Positions 1-10,668 of a DNA stretch of 64,000 nucleotides are shown here, piece by piece. This DNA is from Protoeuglena noctilucae (taxonomy: Eukaryota). Location: positions 806,001-870,000 of the forward strand of contig OY253677.1 of the NCBI GenBank assembly GCA_958009085.1. Reading direction: 5' to 3'. Each line of letters starts with the position of its first letter. The stretch's first letter is position 1. The notes below the pieces were generated by a model. The model saw only the letters and a program-made list of their open reading frames with translations, had not been told where the DNA came from and made no database searches. The translations under genes were made by a program, and so were the position numbers.

Positions 1-368
1 TCACGGTCAGCATGCCGCCCGACAGGCTCCTTTGAAAGCTGCCCTCGTCCTTGACCTGAGGAGAGGAGAGTAGAAGGTTGCTTACCAAGTTGCAAGCTAA
101 ATGCTGCAGGGTGGGTGGCGGGATCCAGTGCGCATGGTGGAACGGGCTGTTGCCGGCGCACAAGCAGCATTGCCATTGCGCAGCCCCCTTGCCTTGGGGA
201 AGGCGTCCAGGCGCTTGAGCACCGAGAGCGGGTGCGAGTCGTCGTTATCCGCGTCATCGGGAGTGTCCACGCGCGCCGCGCGCCGCCGCAGTCCGTCAGA
301 AGCGAAGGGTGGCGGGGACGACTGGGGAAACGAGGCGATTTCCCCGGCCGAGACGCCCGTCCCGTTGC
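1..368 (-). CDS. ERGIC3/Erv46-like ER-Golgi vesicle protein, N-terminal exons (continues off window; 5' end uncertain, possibly up to ~820)
   Basis: Exon 368-193 joined via GC donor (192) to exon from 55 gives LSVLKRLDAFPK-VKDEGSFQRSLSGGMLTV, matching the ERGIC/Erv46 N-terminal LDAF/YPK...T.SGG motif. Confidence 0.75.
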
Positions 369-1260
369 CTGCGACGCGTCGAAAATAGAATATGAAACCG
401 CTAAGAGCAAATGCTTGATTGCTCGCATCGCAGCCGCGGCGCGGGGGGCATGCAAAGTGCGCGGGCATGGATGGGCGCCAGCGCCTCGCGGAGCGCCGCT
501 AAACTCCGTCCGTGCGCATGTCGGGTTCGCAAGCAAAGCGTCTCACCGGATGCGCTGGGGAAGCGATGGTGGTCCTGCCGTAGGCCCCACGGGCTGGGTC
601 CTGCCTCGTGCGCCCCCGCATAGCCGTGCGCCGCGTCGCTGCTGCGGGTCAAAGCGCGCGGATCGCCGCTCAGTTTCACTACAGAACAGTATCGTCCCCA
701 AAACCCGGCTTTGCGCGCGAGATCGGCCGCAGAGGCGATCCGTCCCGCCTGCCTCCGCACCTGCTGGGAGGCCACGGCGCGCCGGCGGGGTCCTGCGGTC
801 CGCCCCACCGACCTTCCATTGCGTGAGAGATCAGAAACCCAGCGGACACGCTTTGAACCCGCAGAGGATCGCGCAGGGGAAATTCGCGGTGCGAAACGGA
901 ATAGCCCGCCTCGTCTGCCCGCGCGCCTGCGCGATTCGTAGATCTGCGCCTGCCTGTGTGCCGGCCGGTCCCAGCACGAACAGAGAGAGGGAACCGCAAC
1001 ACCTCACGTGTGCAGCGAGGCCTGCCAGAGAAGACAGCACGAAGATGGCAGCTGGGAGCGAGGGCTGGGGCAGGATCTACAGCTTCACAGGTGCAGCTTC
1101 AGCATCTACATCACCAGCATCTATGTTCTTTTCACTCGCAGGCGGCGGCAATAGAAGCGCATCTCGCCCCCGCACTGGGTAGGTTTTACGGTTCCGTCGT
1201 TGCGCTGCAGGCGCAAACCTATTTATCTATTCCCGCGACCTCTCCGCGACCTCTCCGCGC

Positions 1261-4198
1261 CTAGGGCAGCACGAGGGTCACGTTGGTCAGGTAGCGGCCC
1301 TCGGGGTAGAAAGGGTCCAGGACGTGGTCGGGCCCGGCTCCCGCGACCCGCACCACCGCCGCCCTGCGCCCGGCCGCGTTCAGAGCCCCGCACACCACGT
1401 CCATAAACGTGTCGCTCTGCGTCATGGCCCCTGAGATGTGCGGAGGGTCGACGCGATTGGAATTGCAAAGCATCCGGTGCAAAGCTGCGCGCCTCAACAC
1501 CCAATGCAGTGACCGTGAGACTCGCCCAAAGGCACTGCATCCTATCCCCCTTCCCTTGTCACTCATCAGCCTCACCAGAGCATAAGCATGCCACGAGTGC
1601 TGCATCCCATTCCCCATCGCTAGTGATCATTTCTCACCTGAGCACGAGCACGTCATGAGCACTCCCCCCGGCTTGACGAGCCTCCCGGCCGCCACGTTGA
1701 GTTTCGCGTACTTGCGCGACGCCCGGTCGAGCGCCTGCCGCGACGGCGCCAGCTTGGGAGGGTCGAGGATCACGATGTCGAACTTCTCTCCCGTCGCAGC
1801 GGCCTCCTTCATGTAACTCTCGACGTCGGACCTGCGAGTTTGCAATTGGGCGGGTTGATGGTAACTAATAACAATGCCTGATGGCTCTCCCGCTATAGCG
1901 CTATAACAACTGCCTCCTTCATGTATGTAACTCTCCGCGTCACACCTGACAAATCGGCACTGTTGGGGAGTGAAGTTGTTGAGTTCCGCGTTGGCGGTGG
2001 CCAGGTCCACGGCCGTTTGGCTCGAGTCGACGCCCAGGCATGACGAGGCGCCGCCCGCGCAGGCACTCAGGGCGAAGCCGCCTGGAGGAGGGGAAGGGAT
2101 GAGGGGTGTGAGTGGTTGGTTGGTGCGAAACGAGAAGGTATGTGCTGGGCTATGGTCTACGCCGAACTGTGTCTCTTGTGCGCCTCTGCACGTTCGTTGG
2201 CTGCCACCGCCGCATGAGTTTTACAGCACAGCACAGCACAGCACAGCACAGCACAGGCACACCCACCCTCCCCTCCCCAGCATCGCGCCCCATGCCATGC
2301 CCCACCGCTCACCCGAGTAGCAGCACAGGTCCAGCACGGTCTTCCCAGCCGCGATGTCGCGAATGAAGGCCCGGCTGTCCCTCTGATCCGCGTAGAAACC
2401 CGTCTTCTGGCCGCGGGGCGCCGCCCAGTACCGCACGCTGCGCTCCACCACCGCCACGCGATCGGGCGAGAGTGCGGTGGGATGGGCAGTTGCAGTTGCC
2501 GCATGATTGGCAGGTGATGCGGTGGCATGGGCAGTTGATGATGCCGTAGCAATGGTGGACGACGCCGTGGCACCGTCCGTGCTCTGACTGGCACCCTCGC
2601 TGTCATCGCCCGCGTCGATGAGAGCGTCGTCACTGCCCGCTGTGCCTTCCTCCTGCAAGCGAGCAGGAGACCAGGGACTAGGAGGCAGAGATTGCTGGCC
2701 CCATCTCGATCGCCATCACCTATGCCAGCACCCCTCCTCACACCACCACTCATCCCCATGCCAGCACCCCTCCGCACACCACCACTTATCCCCATCTCAA
2801 TCGCCATCCCCCATGCATTCCTCATTGCTAGCATTCCTCATCACACCACACAACCCTCACCCCCCTCTCGATCGCCATCCCCCATGCCAGCACTCATCAC
2901 ACCACACTGCCAGTCTCACCCCCATCTCGATCGCCATCAGGTCCGCGGCCGGCCGCCACACCACGTCCTCAATCCCCGTGGCCCGTTTCAAACACTGCAG
3001 CACGTGCTCCTGCATCTGCTCGACCCACACCGCACTTGGGGCGGCCACGAGGGTCGATCCAGGCCGGTCCACCACCAGACCCGACAGGCGGTCACCCTCT
3101 GCAAAAGGGAAGTGTGGGAGTGGGTGGGGGAGTGGGAGTGGGTGGGAGAGTGCTTGATCAGTCAGTCGGTTGAGGTACCAGCAGCATGTCCACACCCTCT
3201 AATAAGCTCTGCCCACCTCTCATTTCATCCCCCACTCACTCACCCGAGTTGATGAGTCGGTAGACGTCCGTGTCTGCGCTCGGTAGCCCCATGGCGCGCC
3301 GCGTGTCGATGGCGGCTTGGATGCGCGCCTCCACCACGCCCCTCACGTCAAAGTCAAAGGACCCGGGGGCGCAACGGGCGCGGACCTCACTGGCTGACTC
3401 CAGGATGCGAACTCTGGGGGAGATGGGAGATGGAAGAATTGTAACACGATGGCTGTCGTTACACGGCAGAGGTGATGAGCCCGACCGCTGCACTGTGCAT
3501 GTCGATGGTGGCATTGGGGCATGAAGAAGCAACCAAAGTGACAAGTGGCAAACACAGTGACCCTCACCGGTAGTGCGATCGCGAGTTGTAGACACCCCAC
3601 CCGATGCTGCGCCAGGCCCCGTCCGTCACGGCCACCGCGTCACCAGGCCGGGGGCGGCGACCGTCGATCTTCGCGACCGAGTTCGGGAACACGATGGGGC
3701 TGCCCGATCGAAATAACTGCAAGAGAAAGGAGCGGCGAGGTCATGGTCGGGGGCCATTATACTGCGGCGATAAGACGGCAAAGTGCGTGGGGACATGTAA
3801 CAGTGCCTTGCCTTGGCCATGCCGCGCGTGATGGAGACCTTGGGCACCCCGAGGCGGTCGGCGGCCTCGACGATTTCGTCGGGACCCGCGTCGGAGGTGC
3901 TGGGGGGCGAGGGGTCGCTCGGGGAGTCGCGGGGAGGTCGAGCAGCCGTGTCGGGTCGACCCTCCGGCGCGGAACCGCCACGCCGTCGGTTCGCGACGGC
4001 GGCGATCGGCGGAGTGTATCGACGACACTCCGATGCCGGGATTCTCGCTGAGAAACGGGGTGCAGAGACGCGGCGCGCGGGGAGCAAGGCCGCCAACGCG
4101 CGACGCTGTTGCGGGGCCGCCGCGACGACCCGCGCGGCCCTGTCATGCGTCGCCAGAGCGAGCGACGCTCCCTTACAGCAGGGGCCAGCCGCCTCCAT
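1261..4198 (-). CDS. RlmI-like SAM-dependent rRNA methyltransferase, ~8 exons, N-terminal transit-peptide-like extension
   Basis: Spliced motifs [89 protein letters not shown]; ends TAG 1261-1263. Confidence 0.9.
2224..2255. repeat. (CAGCA)n microsatellite in intron
   Basis: About six consecutive cagca units. Confidence 0.9.
2699..2938. repeat. Intronic degenerate tandem array built from an exon 3' end
   Basis: cccatctcgatcgccatc-like units at ~2700, 2791, 2862, 2921, interleaved with ccatgccagcac units. Confidence 0.8.
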
Positions 4199-4546
4199 CG
4201 CGACGCTGGCCAGCTGCGCCAGGAGCGAACGTGCGCGTGCGCGGAGGGAAAAAGTCAGCTTTTCGACTCTCGAAACGCTCCGCGGCAGGGCTCTGCGGAA
4301 TCCAGAGATCGACGAGGAGGTAGATAACAAACTGAGAGGGTGAATACGACTTGTGCGCTTCGAAAGGCGACGGAAACGGCATGCCAGTGAGTGTTTCATG
4401 ACGCGGTGGGTACCGTCGCCCCAGGCTCATATCGTCAGGGCGGGCGTGGGAGGTCGCTCGCTGCGTGCTGTGCCGCGCTTCAAGGGCCATCAATCAGCCT
4501 CAGGCATAGCGCAGCATGCTGCCACCATTGGCGTGGCGTGCTGCCG

Positions 4547-5272
4547 TCAATCAGCCTCAGGATACCGTGGCGTGCTGCCACCATCGCCGTGCTGCCACAA
4601 GGCGGCCGCGACGGCCACGCGCACGCCGTGCAGTGCGGACATCTGCCACCGCTCCGGGTCGCCATCGGTGCGCCGCTCCTCGCACAGCCCGCAGCACGCC
4701 ACCGTGTTGCCCGGCGCGAAGTCGAGCGTGCGGCCACTGGCGTCGTGCCACCGGACCCGGTCGAGCCCCACCACCGACTGGTTGTCGAACTGCTGCAGCT
4801 GGCCGAAGGAGCTAGTCCGCTGCCCGCACCAGTAGCGGGCAACGAAGGGCCGAGCTGACGTGCGTGTGCGTGCGCCCATCGCAGCACCCCCGCGCCATCG
4901 ACGTCCCTGACAGGCGCGCGCGACCCGCATGAAGGTCAACGCGGCCCTCCAGAGCTCGTCGTCTGTGAGGGGCTCGGTGCTCTCATGGGCCTTGAGCTGG
5001 GAAAGATCGCCCAGGAAATCCTCGTCGGTGACGATCCAACTGAAATGCTCGGGGAGAAAGAGGTCCATCGCACGATCGAACCTGCGCGCACGACAGGGAA
5101 GCGCATTCAGCTCAGCGCGCCGAGCCCATGGGTCAGCGCCACGGTTAGGCACCGCAACCGGGACTCACAAGGCCGTGGCGTCGTCGTCGTCGCTCAGCTC
5201 CGCTTCCACCTCGCGCAGCATTAGCTCCTGGTTATCCGCGAGCCACTCGGTCCACTCCTCTTGCGTCCGCAT
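4547..5272 (-). CDS. Hypothetical protein with degenerate HNH-endonuclease-like Cys motif
   Basis: Exon 5272-5169 (MRTQEEWTEWLADNQELMLREVE...) splices to 5081; C-terminal YWCG...VVGLDRVRWHD...FAPGNTVACCGLC resembles the GLDR..N.V.CC..C pattern. Confidence 0.45.
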
Positions 5273-5854
5273 CCTCGCCCCGGCCGGGAGGGCGACGCGA
5301 AGATCCCCGTGTTGGGGGGTCGCTTCCCGCGCATTTTCGCCCGCGATGGGAGCACCGCTAAGCCTGAACGCCTATGATGAAAGTAAGGATGGCTTGGAGC
5401 CTCGACCACCGCCGATACTGCAGCGGGTGAACGAAGGCTCGCAACGAAGGCTCGGACGATGGCGAGGCGCGAGCTGTGATTTGAGCGTGATGCCGCGACG
5501 AAAACGCGATGACCTGCTTGCGAGGATGTTGTAGTTCGCTGTGGGAGACGCTGAGGCTTCTTCTCTCGCGTGCCTTTAGGGGAGTTTCTGACTGGCCAGC
5601 CCTGGCAGCCATCGCGGGTGGATTGAGCGCTCTCCGTTCCCTCCTGAGGGCTGCTTATGCAAAGCTTAGGGCTGAGGAGCACCAAACAAGCCTCGGGAGC
5701 GCTTCGTTGGGCGAGAAATCGGCAAAAATCGAAAACGTCGCGCGCGCCCGATTTCGTCGCCGCCGTTTGTTTTAATTTTTAGAGTAAAATGAGTTGCACA
5801 AAATTGGCAAAAAATGGTTGCCGGAGGGCGTCAAAAAGGATCGTCGAAGACGGA

Positions 5855-5927
5855 TGGCCTGCCCCGGGTTTGAACCGGGGACCTTTCGATCTGCAGTCGA
5901 ATGCTCTGCCAAGTGAGCTATCAGGCC
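5855..5927 (-). tRNA. tRNA-Cys (GCA), atypical A73
   Basis: Cloverleaf GGCCTGA-TA-GCTC/GAGC, anticodon arm TTCGA-CTGCAGA-TCGAA, T arm CCCGG-TTCAAAC-CCGGG; T5 Pol III terminator at 5833-5837. Confidence 0.9.
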
Positions 5928-6759
5928 GCGAATCGCTTGGTGATCGTGGTGGGCGTTCATTACGCTACATATACCCGCGATGCACTCGCCTGGTGACCTA
6001 CAGAAAGCGATAATATTGGTACCCCCTGCGCAGGAGGCCCTTCCGGTGTGGTAACTGAGCCAGGCAAACGATTTCTCGCCGAAATTCCGGCGCGATTCTC
6101 CCAGAAGCACGTGAAAGCCGTCCCCGATTCCCCGCGCCGCCCAGCGCTGGGAGCCCCTGCCCGGCCCCCAAGGCTGCGAGGTGGGCCGCCCTCAACCTGC
6201 CTTTCATCACCCTCTCCACGCAGTGGGTCCTCGAACCTCCCCGGGCACCCCGAGGAGGTGCCGCACCCACCCTGCTCCCGTCGCACTCCGCCAAGCAGTG
6301 GGGGTGGCCACCGCGTGCGAGCCGCATCCGCAGGGCTCTAAGTGGGCTCTAGGTGGCCTGGGGTTCCCCAGGCGGGTGGCCCTAGGGGATTAGTGCTGCA
6401 TCTGGCAGCACCGTCGCCAGACACCAGACGGAGGAGCTGTAGTACTTCGCAGCTCCATCCCCAGAGAGCGCACGCAGTCACCGCTGCGATACCGCCACCG
6501 TTTGCTTCACAGGGGCAAGTCCCTAGGTGCTGGTTTGCCCGGTCGGCGCCTGATGTCCTGAGAAACAGCATCTAGGTAGCTTTGCAGAAACCCTTGTAGC
6601 CCAGGCTGAGGCCGGCGAGGAGGGGGAGGCCGCCTGCGGTCGGGGAGGGCCGGCGCAGGGTCTGCGCCCGTTCGGGCCGTCCCCGACCCGCCGGGCAGGC
6701 GTCAGCCACCCGCCGAGATCCGGAGGGACGAAATCTCGCGTTGTTTGAGGTCCGGGGAC

Positions 6760-7939
6760 ATGGAGGACGAGTCGGCGTGCTCAATTTGCGCGGAGGAGTG
6801 GTGCCGGGAGCGTCCGCCGAAGTTCCTGCCCTGCCTGCACGAATGTGAGACAGTGCGAGCGCGAGAGGGCGCGTGCAGAGCCGCTGCGACGCGGAGATGA
6901 CGATGATGCGCGCCGGTTTCCTCAAACGCGCGCGGTTGCCCCCATGCAGACTGCGAGGTGTGCATCCAGGCGCTGAAGGACGCCTCGCAGCGATGCCCGG
7001 CCTGCCGCACGGCGATAGACTGGGACGCGATCCCGTCCGTGAGCGCCCTTCCGACCAACGAGAACCGGCTGGACCCGCGGCCCCGGGAGCACCGTGCCGA
7101 GAGCGCCGTCCATCCTGGCGCCCCGGGCGGGCCTTTGCTCGGCGCGGCGCCGGGACTCGACGAGGACACGGAGTTGCAATTGGCGACGATGCTCTCCGAG
7201 CTCGAAAGCGTGCGGGACGTCGACGACGACATGCAACTCGCAATGGAGCTCTCGCGCGCTGAGGCCGCGTCCCGCGCGGGCCCGGGGCCGAGCGACAGGC
7301 ACGATCATTTCGACGAGGACTTCCAGAGAGCGGTGGAGGAGTCCCTGCGGGCCGCGGAGGCCGGGCCGAGGCAGGGACGGGGTCGGCCCCCGCCCCCTCC
7401 CATGTTCCCGCCTGCAGCATCCGGCAGGCGCCCAGAAGAGTCGGTGAGCTCACAACATGTGCGCGCCCGACTGTGTACGCAAGCAGCTCCCAATCTCTCT
7501 GTCTCGGATGCCCTGCGCTCGCTGTGCACGAGGCGTGTCGCACGGTGCGGAGTCATCTGTGGGTGGCCCTTGCCGTGCCTCGCAGGCTGATTGCGACTTG
7601 GACATGGCGATGGCCATATCCATGCAAGAACAGGCGGATGAGGAGTACGCCAGGCACCTCCACCGCCAGCAGCTCGCCTCCCTCGCGGACCGCTTCCCAT
7701 CGGTCCCCGCGCAAGCTGCCCCGGGCCCGCCCGTCCCGCGCTGCTCGGCGCTGACCGCCGCGGCCTGCGCGGGCCGGGATCGCGACGCGGCGCCCGCGGG
7801 CCGGCAGGGCCAGGGTTTGCCCCAGCGCCGGTCGTGGGCGGGGGCGGAGGCGGGGGCAGAGGCGACGCGGCCCTCCGTCGTGCGCCGCTTAAGCAAGTGG
7901 CTGTCGGACGCCGTATCCAAGGCCTTCAACCCTTCTTAA
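6760..7939 (+). CDS. RING-HC finger protein with ~4 UIM-like motifs (putative E3 ligase), 3 exons
   Basis: Exons 6760-6844, 6950-7443, 7586-7939: CSIC...PCLHEYCEVC...CPACR; UIM-like DTELQLATMLS, DDMQLAMELS, DEDFQRAVEES, DLDMAMAISMQE. Confidence 0.85.
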
Positions 7940-8377
7940 GAGCGATTACGAGCAGGTCATTCTCATTCCTTTTTTATGGGGGCAGGCGTTTGTCCCCCTT
8001 AGACAGGCGCAGCAGCGCGGCAGGCACATTTTGTGGCGCGGCGCCACAAGAGGAGCATTGGTGGCCGCAGCCGCAGCCGCATTCATTGAAACACGAGCAC
8101 TGCTGAGAGCTATCGCCACGATCGCCAAGTGCGCCGTTTCTGGGTAGGGTCATGCAGGGTTATAACCCTTTTGAGGCCTTGTCAAAGCTCAAAGAATGCA
8201 ATCAGCGTTCGGCAGTGCACCAGTGCATGCGAATCGGACAGACTCTGGCGTGCTCGGGTCGCGAGCGCGGTGGACTGCGTCGCAAATCAGAGTGCAGCTG
8301 CGGACCCAGAGCTCCTGGTCGTCAGGGCTTCTGTGGCTTCGCGGGGATCTGCCGGTGCTTCGTTACTTTCTACAGAC

Positions 8378-10391
8378 ATGAGCAGGCTGCGTAGTCTGGC
8401 CTTGGCGGCCGCGCGCGCCTCGGAGGCGGGCAGCGTGGCGTTGGCTACGGTCGAGGGCCCCGTGTCCCGCTCCTCCGCGCTCGCCGGCCCGGCACAGGCG
8501 CGAGGCGTGAGCAACGTGGTCGCGCCCAGCTGGGTGCGCCCGCATCCCGCGCTGCAGGCCGCGGAGGCAGCGGGGCCTTCGCAGGCGGACGTCGCCCGGG
8601 TGAGCGCGGCGTCTCTTGCGCCCCGATCCCCGATTTGCTACCCCCGCGGATCAGTGGAAGACATGAACATCGCATCGGCTGCTTTCACGCGCGCAGACGG
8701 TGACCGAGACGATCATGTTCCCGTGGGAACGTCGGCAGCTGGGCGACGGCACCCAGGTGACGACCGCTGCGCTCGATGTGCGGTCTCTGCTAATTGCCGG
8801 ACTCTAACCTTACTACATGATCGATGCAGCGGTGCTATATTGGACAATTTGCATATCCAACTCCGGTTTTGCCACCATATGCGCCTTAGCGCGGAAATGC
8901 GTCGCGGCAGAGCCCTTCATTGGGCCGCCGTTACACATTCCGATTAACATACTCGCTAATACATCGTTTCGTTTCCAGAGCAAGGGTCTCCGAACGTGGG
9001 AGAAGTGGTACTGGGGCATCTTTGCCGGTGCGGTGGGCGTGTTCCTGTTCAACCGTATTGGAGGTCCAGCCGAGGAAGCAGAGCCCGACTGGGAGCTGCT
9101 GAGGAGGAGGCGACACGAAGCAGCCAGGCGAGTTGGGGTGGGGGGGTGCGAGCGGAAGGTGGTGTGTGGTGTGTGGGCGGGGCTGTGGGTGGGCTGACCA
9201 ATGGACTGGTTTTAGGGTGCCGACGCTACCCAATGCACGACCGTCGATGCTCCTTTTACTACCGTACGCCTCACGCCTCACGCTGTCATGCACAGCCGTC
9301 GGCCCACGCTCATACCACGCTCTCACCCTCACGCTCACCGCACGCCCCCCATAACGTTTCTTACACCCCCCCACCCTTACCTGTGTCTCGTCAGAATCCT
9401 GATCGGCGGCCCCGCCAACTTCGCCATCGGGGATGACCCCTTCGCGGGTATGACCCCCCGGGAGGTGGGCCGTTTTCTGGCGAGCGAGCGCCGGAGGCTG
9501 GGTATGACCCGGGGGGCGGAGGGGGAGGCGTTTGAGGGGCAAAGTCAGTCGGAGATTGAGGCGCGGATCGAGGGGGAGGTGGACGAAAGGGACCCGAGGC
9601 ATCCCAGGGTGAGATATGTATTGTATTGTATATAAGAGAGGAGAGAGGGGGATGCGATATGTAGATGAGAGATGAGGTGAGTGTGACTGTGTGGCGGGGA
9701 GGGGGAGGTGGATGAGAGGGACCCGAGGCACCCCAGGGTGAGGGACAGATGCGATGGGTATGCGTTATGCCATCAAGAGATCATTTTGATATGACGAGAT
9801 GGGTGTGGCAGTGAAAGGAGGCAGTCGATGACAATCATTCGATCCACGTCAATGCAACCCAACTCTCTGCACCCCCAGTGGGCGGGGATGACGGCGGAGG
9901 AGGTGCGGGCGATCAAGGACGCACAGAAGCCCAAGGTGACTATTAACTCATTCAGTTTGCAATTCTGTCAATCGATGGAGCTGGCATTGGATATGCACTG
10001 CACGAGAAGGACACTTGTGTCATGTGCTGATGTCTTGATCACGTTGCGTTTCGTGCTGTGTGACGATATCACATCATGTTTCACACACCCCCACTCTCTC
10101 CCTCATCCCCCCCAGAGCCTCGTCCGGCGCGTGCGGGAGTTCCTGGGCCTTCGCAAAGCTAAGTCAGCAACTGACTCAGCGCCCAAGCCTGCGTCAGGCG
10201 ACGGGGCGGCGGCGGGGGCGGGCGGTGATGGGGGTGAGGGTGGCGGGGAGGGGAGGGGTGGTGGGGATGAGGGAAAGAGTGATAGGGGAAGCGAGGGTGT
10301 GGATGAATGGGAGGGATTGAGTCCGGAAGAGATCGATGCGAAGGCAAAGCAGGGGGGGGCGAGTGGGGCGGGCGTTGGGGTAAAGGGATAG
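8378..10391 (+). CDS. Single-TM organelle-targeted hypothetical protein with repeated (D)PF/W.G(M/L)(T/S)PEE motifs, 5 exons
   Basis: Arg/Ala-rich N-terminus MSRLRSLALAAAR, TM segment WYWGIFAGAVGVFLF, repeats DDPFAGMTPRE / WAGMTAEE / WEGLSPEEI; consistent splice phases. Confidence 0.65.
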
Positions 10392-10668
10392 GGGGTGGGG
10401 ACGGTGATGATGTGTAGTCACCGAAGGGGTAGTACTTATGGTATTTATCCATGCGGGGTGTCTGTTGCCATGACAGAGGATGCGTTGGATTGAACATCGC
10501 TGCCCTATGTGCATGCACTGGCCACTGCCCAGCCAATTCATCGTCATAAGCCCAACTATAATATCACGTGATACAGGGCACACTGGACTCGATAAACTTC
10601 TTAGGCAGTACCAGCTAGTTGGTAATACCGAATAACATGAGGCAATATTTATCGTGATGACGACTGCT

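Noticed and set aside
2699..2938. CRISPR-like repeat-spacer appearance
   Set aside because: Eukaryotic intron; degenerate, irregular units derived from the adjacent exon; no cas genes
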